A stretch of DNA of 10,226 nucleotides from Candidatus Krumholzibacteriales bacterium (GTDB lineage: Bacteria > Krumholzibacteriota > Krumholzibacteriia > Krumholzibacteriales > WJIX01). Below, piece by piece: positions 8,070-10,226 of the stretch. The DNA lies in assembly GCA_046483305.1 (NCBI GenBank), contig JAWODM010000022.1:1-10226 (forward strand). Direction: 5' to 3'. A program made the translations under genes and the position numbers. Every line of letters begins with the position of its first letter. Position 1 is the stretch's first letter. The notes beneath the pieces were generated by a model that was not told the DNA's origin, did no database searches, and saw nothing but the letters and a program-made list of their open reading frames with translations.

Positions 8070-9572
8070 ATGAACACTGAGTCTCTCAATGTTATTATAG
8101 CAACTCCCGAGATAGTACCCTTTTCCAAGGTAGGAGGGCTGGCTGACGTTATAGGCGCCCTGCCAGACGAGCTGGCTGATCTGGGATGTCAGGTCAGGAT
8201 ATTCACCCCCCTTTACAGTACTATAGACAGGGAGAAGTTCGGTATAACCAGGATGGACATGGACAGTTTCTCTGTTTCCGTGGGGGGGAGGTTGAAGGAG
8301 GCGGGGATTTACTCGGCAAAGAAACCGGGGACCGACATAGATGTATATTTTCTCCACAATACCGAATATTACGACAGAGAGGGGATCTACTACAAACCGG
8401 AGAATGGAGAGGCTTACAGGGACGAGCCGGAAAGAACGGTCTTCTTCAACAGGGCGGTTATTGAGAGTATCAAGGTACTGGACCTTTACCCTGATGTAAT
8501 CCACTGTAACGATTTTCATACCGGCCTGATACCGGCCTATATTGACCTGGAAGAGAAGGAGGACAGCCACTTCAGAAGCACCGGCACGCTGTTCAGCATT
8601 CACAATATGGCCTATCAGGGCAATTACGAGAAGGACTTTATCGAGACGGCCGGCCTGGATGATTCGCTCTTCTATCCGATGTCTCCTTTTGAATACTGGG
8701 GCGGGGTCAATGTGATGAAGATCGGGATCATGTACGCGGGGATAGTGACCACGGTGAGCGAAACTTATGCCGAAGAAATTAAGGAGTCGGAAAAGTACGG
8801 CCATGGGATGGAGGGGATCCTGAGGGACGAGGACCTTACGGTGATAGGCATTCTGAACGGTATAGATACCGATACATGGAGCCCCGCCAAAGACCATCTT
8901 ATAGAGGAAAACTATTCCATAAAAGACCTTTCCGGCAAACAGAAGAACCGGGATGCGCTCCTCGGCGAATACAACCTTGAAGCCGGCCCCGGAACTCCGG
9001 TTATCGGAATGGTGTCCAGGCTGGTCGACCAGAAGGGGTTTGATATTCTGGCTGAGGGCATGGATGAGATAATGAAGCTCGATCTGAGGCTGGTGATCCT
9101 GGGTACCGGGCAGGAAAAGTTTCATAAGCTGTACACGAAACTCCAGAAGAAATATCCAGAAAAACTGGGAATAAAGCTGGAGTATGACAACAGGATGGCC
9201 CATCTGATCGAGGCGGGCAGTGACTTCTTCCTGATGCCTTCGCGTTACGAGCCCTGCGGTCTGAACCAGATGTACAGCCTGAGTTACGGGACTATCCCTA
9301 TTGTCAGAGCCACCGGAGGGCTCAAGGATACTGTCAGGAATCTCACCAGGGGAGGCAGGAGGGGAAACGGCTTCATCTTCAGTGAATATTCGGATGAAGC
9401 CCTGGTGGAGACCATCGGCAAAGCGGTCGATTTCTTCCAGGACAAAGAGGCTGTGGAGAGAGTGAGAAAGCGGATTATGAAGGAAGACCACTCCTGGAAG
9501 AGTTCGGCAGGCAAGTACATAGAAGTTTACAGGCGCGCGGTGGGGAAAAACGGATTAATGTTGACAAAATAG
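8070..9572 (+). CDS. glgA: Glycogen synthase (GT5, ADP-glucose dependent)
   Basis: PFSKVGGLADV (KxGGL), IHCNDFHTG, SIHNMAYQG, TTVSETYAEEI, GILNGID, SRLVDQKG, and LMPSRYEPCGLNQMYS...TGGLKDTV. Confidence 0.96.
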   Translation: MNTESLNVIIATPEIVPFSKVGGLADVIGALPDELADLGCQVRIFTPLYSTIDREKFGITRMDMDSFSVSVGGRLKEAGIYSAKKPGTDIDVYFLHNTEYYDREGIYYKPENGEAYRDEPERTVFFNRAVIESIKVLDLYPDVIHCNDFHTGLIPAYIDLEEKEDSHFRSTGTLFSIHNMAYQGNYEKDFIETAGLDDSLFYPMSPFEYWGGVNVMKIGIMYAGIVTTVSETYAEEIKESEKYGHGMEGILRDEDLTVIGILNGIDTDTWSPAKDHLIEENYSIKDLSGKQKNRDALLGEYNLEAGPGTPVIGMVSRLVDQKGFDILAEGMDEIMKLDLRLVILGTGQEKFHKLYTKLQKKYPEKLGIKLEYDNRMAHLIEAGSDFFLMPSRYEPCGLNQMYSLSYGTIPIVRATGGLKDTVRNLTRGGRRGNGFIFSEYSDEALVETIGKAVDFFQDKEAVERVRKRIMKEDHSWKSSAGKYIEVYRRAVGKNGLMLTK

Positions 9573-9590
9573 CTGCTGGCTTAATATAAT
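9561..9590 (+). promoter_or_regulatory. Consensus sigma70 promoter for the tRNA cluster
   Basis: TTGACA (9561-9566), 18 bp, TATAAT (9585-9590). The -35 lies within the last codons of glgA. Confidence 0.8.
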
Positions 9591-9663
9591 AGATAGTGGA
9601 CATTTTACTGCGGGACCGGCTGGACAGAGAGGTTGAACCCGCAGATGAGCATAGAAAATAAGA

Positions 9664-9739
9664 GCGGGAATAGCTCAGCTGGCAGAGCGCAACCTTGCCA
9701 AGGTTGAGGTCGCGGGTTCGAACCCCGTTTCCCGCTCCA
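9664..9739 (+). tRNA. tRNA-Gly(GCC)
   Basis: 76 nt. Acceptor GCGGGAA/TTCCCGC, D arm GCTC/GAGC, anticodon arm CAACC-TTGCCAA-GGTTG (GCC 9697-9699), T loop GGTTCGAACCC, encoded CCA. Confidence 0.98.
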
Positions 9740-9750
9740 TTACTGCAAGA

Positions 9751-9827
9751 GGCGGCATGGCCAAGTGGTCTAAGGCAGCGGTTTGCAAAACCGTTATTCA
9801 TCGGTTCGAATCCGATTGCCGCCTCCA
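9751..9827 (+). tRNA. tRNA-Cys(GCA)
   Basis: 77 nt. Acceptor GGCGGCA/TGCCGCC, anticodon arm GCGGT-TTGCAAA-ACCGT (GCA 9785-9787), T arm ATCGG-TTCGAAT-CCGAT, U73 discriminator, encoded CCA. Confidence 0.97.
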
Positions 9828-9872
9828 GTTATTTATCATATCCCAGCATTCCAGAGCGTTTTCCAAAATATA

Positions 9873-9906
9873 TTGAAATTGACAGAGACAGAGTTTATGA
9901 TAGGTT
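9873..9906 (+). promoter_or_regulatory. Overlapping sigma70-like promoters in front of the tRNA-Leu fragment
   Basis: TTGAAA (9873-9878), 17 bp, TATGAT (9896-9901); and TTGACA (9879-9884), 16 bp, TAGGTT (9901-9906) with a TG extension. Confidence 0.55.
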
Positions 9907-9923
9907 ATTGATTAATATATACT

Positions 9924-9965
9924 GCCGGGATGGCGGAATTGGCAGACGCAGCGGACTTAAAATCC
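9924..9965 (+). pseudogene. 5' half of tRNA-Leu(TAA), interrupted in the 3' strand of the anticodon stem
   Basis: GCCGGGA-TG-GCGGAATTGGCAGACGC-A-GCGGA-CTTAAAA-TCC (TAA 9958-9960). The next bases are CA instead of the required GC. No variable arm, GTTC T loop or acceptor 3' strand (TCCCGGC) appears before the window ends. Confidence 0.9.
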
Positions 9966-10029
9966 CAATCTTAAAAATCAGCTAAATTCCCAAAAAATAA
10001 CTTGTTACATAATAACAGCTTACAAAACC

Positions 10030-10067
10030 GCCCTTAGGTTACTTTGGGTAATTTAAGGGTATTTTTG
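10030..10067 (+). terminator. Probable intrinsic terminator downstream of the tRNA-Leu fragment
   Basis: CCCTTAGGTTAC (10031-10042) / GTAATTTAAGGG (10048-10059); both mismatches are G-U wobbles on the + strand RNA. Followed by TATTTTT. Confidence 0.6.
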
Positions 10068-10075
10068 GTCTCAAG

Positions 10076-10094
10076 TGTTACAATTTCTGTTACA
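10076..10094. repeat. Tandem direct repeat TGTTACA-N5-TGTTACA
   Basis: Copies at 10076-10082 and 10088-10094; a third copy at 10003-10009. Confidence 0.7.
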
Positions 10095-10200
10095 TTCTCA
10101 AATTCATTGCTTATTTTCTCGGGTGAGCACCAGAAATGTGATCTATATTAGATTATTTGTATTATAATAAATCGTGTAAGTGCAATACAATATCGAACAA

Positions 10201-10224
10201 TGTATTACAAGATGTTGTAATACA
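10201..10224. promoter_or_regulatory. Operator-like perfect inverted repeat
   Basis: TGTATTACAA-gatg-TTGTAATACA; each half is itself a TGTA-W-TACA pseudo-palindrome. Confidence 0.6.
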
Positions 10225-10226
10225 AT

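Larger units (their letters stand above)
9956..10226. mobile_element. Putative end (att junction and arm) of an integrative element inserted in tRNA-Leu(TAA)
   Basis: tRNA homology ends abruptly just after the anticodon loop. About 30% GC by hand count, with IHF-like boxes (9998-10022) and tandem TGTTACA repeats. No integrase is visible in the window. Confidence 0.55.

Noticed and set aside
8037..9491. 484-aa antisense ORF over glgA
   Set aside because: It is in exact codon register with glgA and stays open only because glgA avoids TTA/CTA/TCA codons. It has no recognisable motifs, so it is a shadow ORF.
795..9520. Numerous 60-135 aa alternative-frame and antisense ORFs
   Set aside because: All are nested in or overlap confidently assigned genes and show no motifs or independent RBS support.
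9475..9985. ORFs 9475-9801 (-) and 9695-9985 (+)
   Set aside because: They overlap well-formed tRNA genes and are translation artefacts.
9957..10226. Group I intron in tRNA-Leu(UAA), as in cyanobacteria and plastids
   Set aside because: No P1 guide or P/Q/R/S core is recognisable, tRNA homology continues past the usual U34/A35 site, a terminator-like hairpin lies inside, and no 3' exon is seen within 260 nt. A covariance-model search is needed to exclude it fully.
9966..10226. CRISPR array or leader in the AT-rich tail
   Set aside because: The repeats are only 7-10 bp, with no 23-47 bp repeat-spacer periodicity and no cas genes in view.

Overview
Bacterial chromosomal window with all genes on the + strand. 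A six-gene surface-glycan block (429-6369) encodes a DegT-type aminotransferase, a small phosphoglycosyl transferase, a Gfo/Idh/MocA oxidoreductase, a hexapeptide N-acetyltransferase and two GT4 glycosyltransferases. It is followed by a SPOR-domain lipoprotein, a GalT-fold nucleotidyltransferase resembling the ADP-glucose phosphorylase subfamily, glycogen synthase, and a tRNA cluster Gly(GCC)-Cys(GCA)-Leu(TAA). The most unusual feature is the tRNA-Leu(TAA): it has its own promoter but stops at about 9965 inside the anticodon arm and is not restored. An AT-rich segment follows, with IHF-like boxes, a terminator hairpin, tandem TGTTACA repeats and a TGTAWTACA operator-like palindrome, which looks like the end of an integrated element. 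All assignments come from reading motifs by eye; no searches were run.
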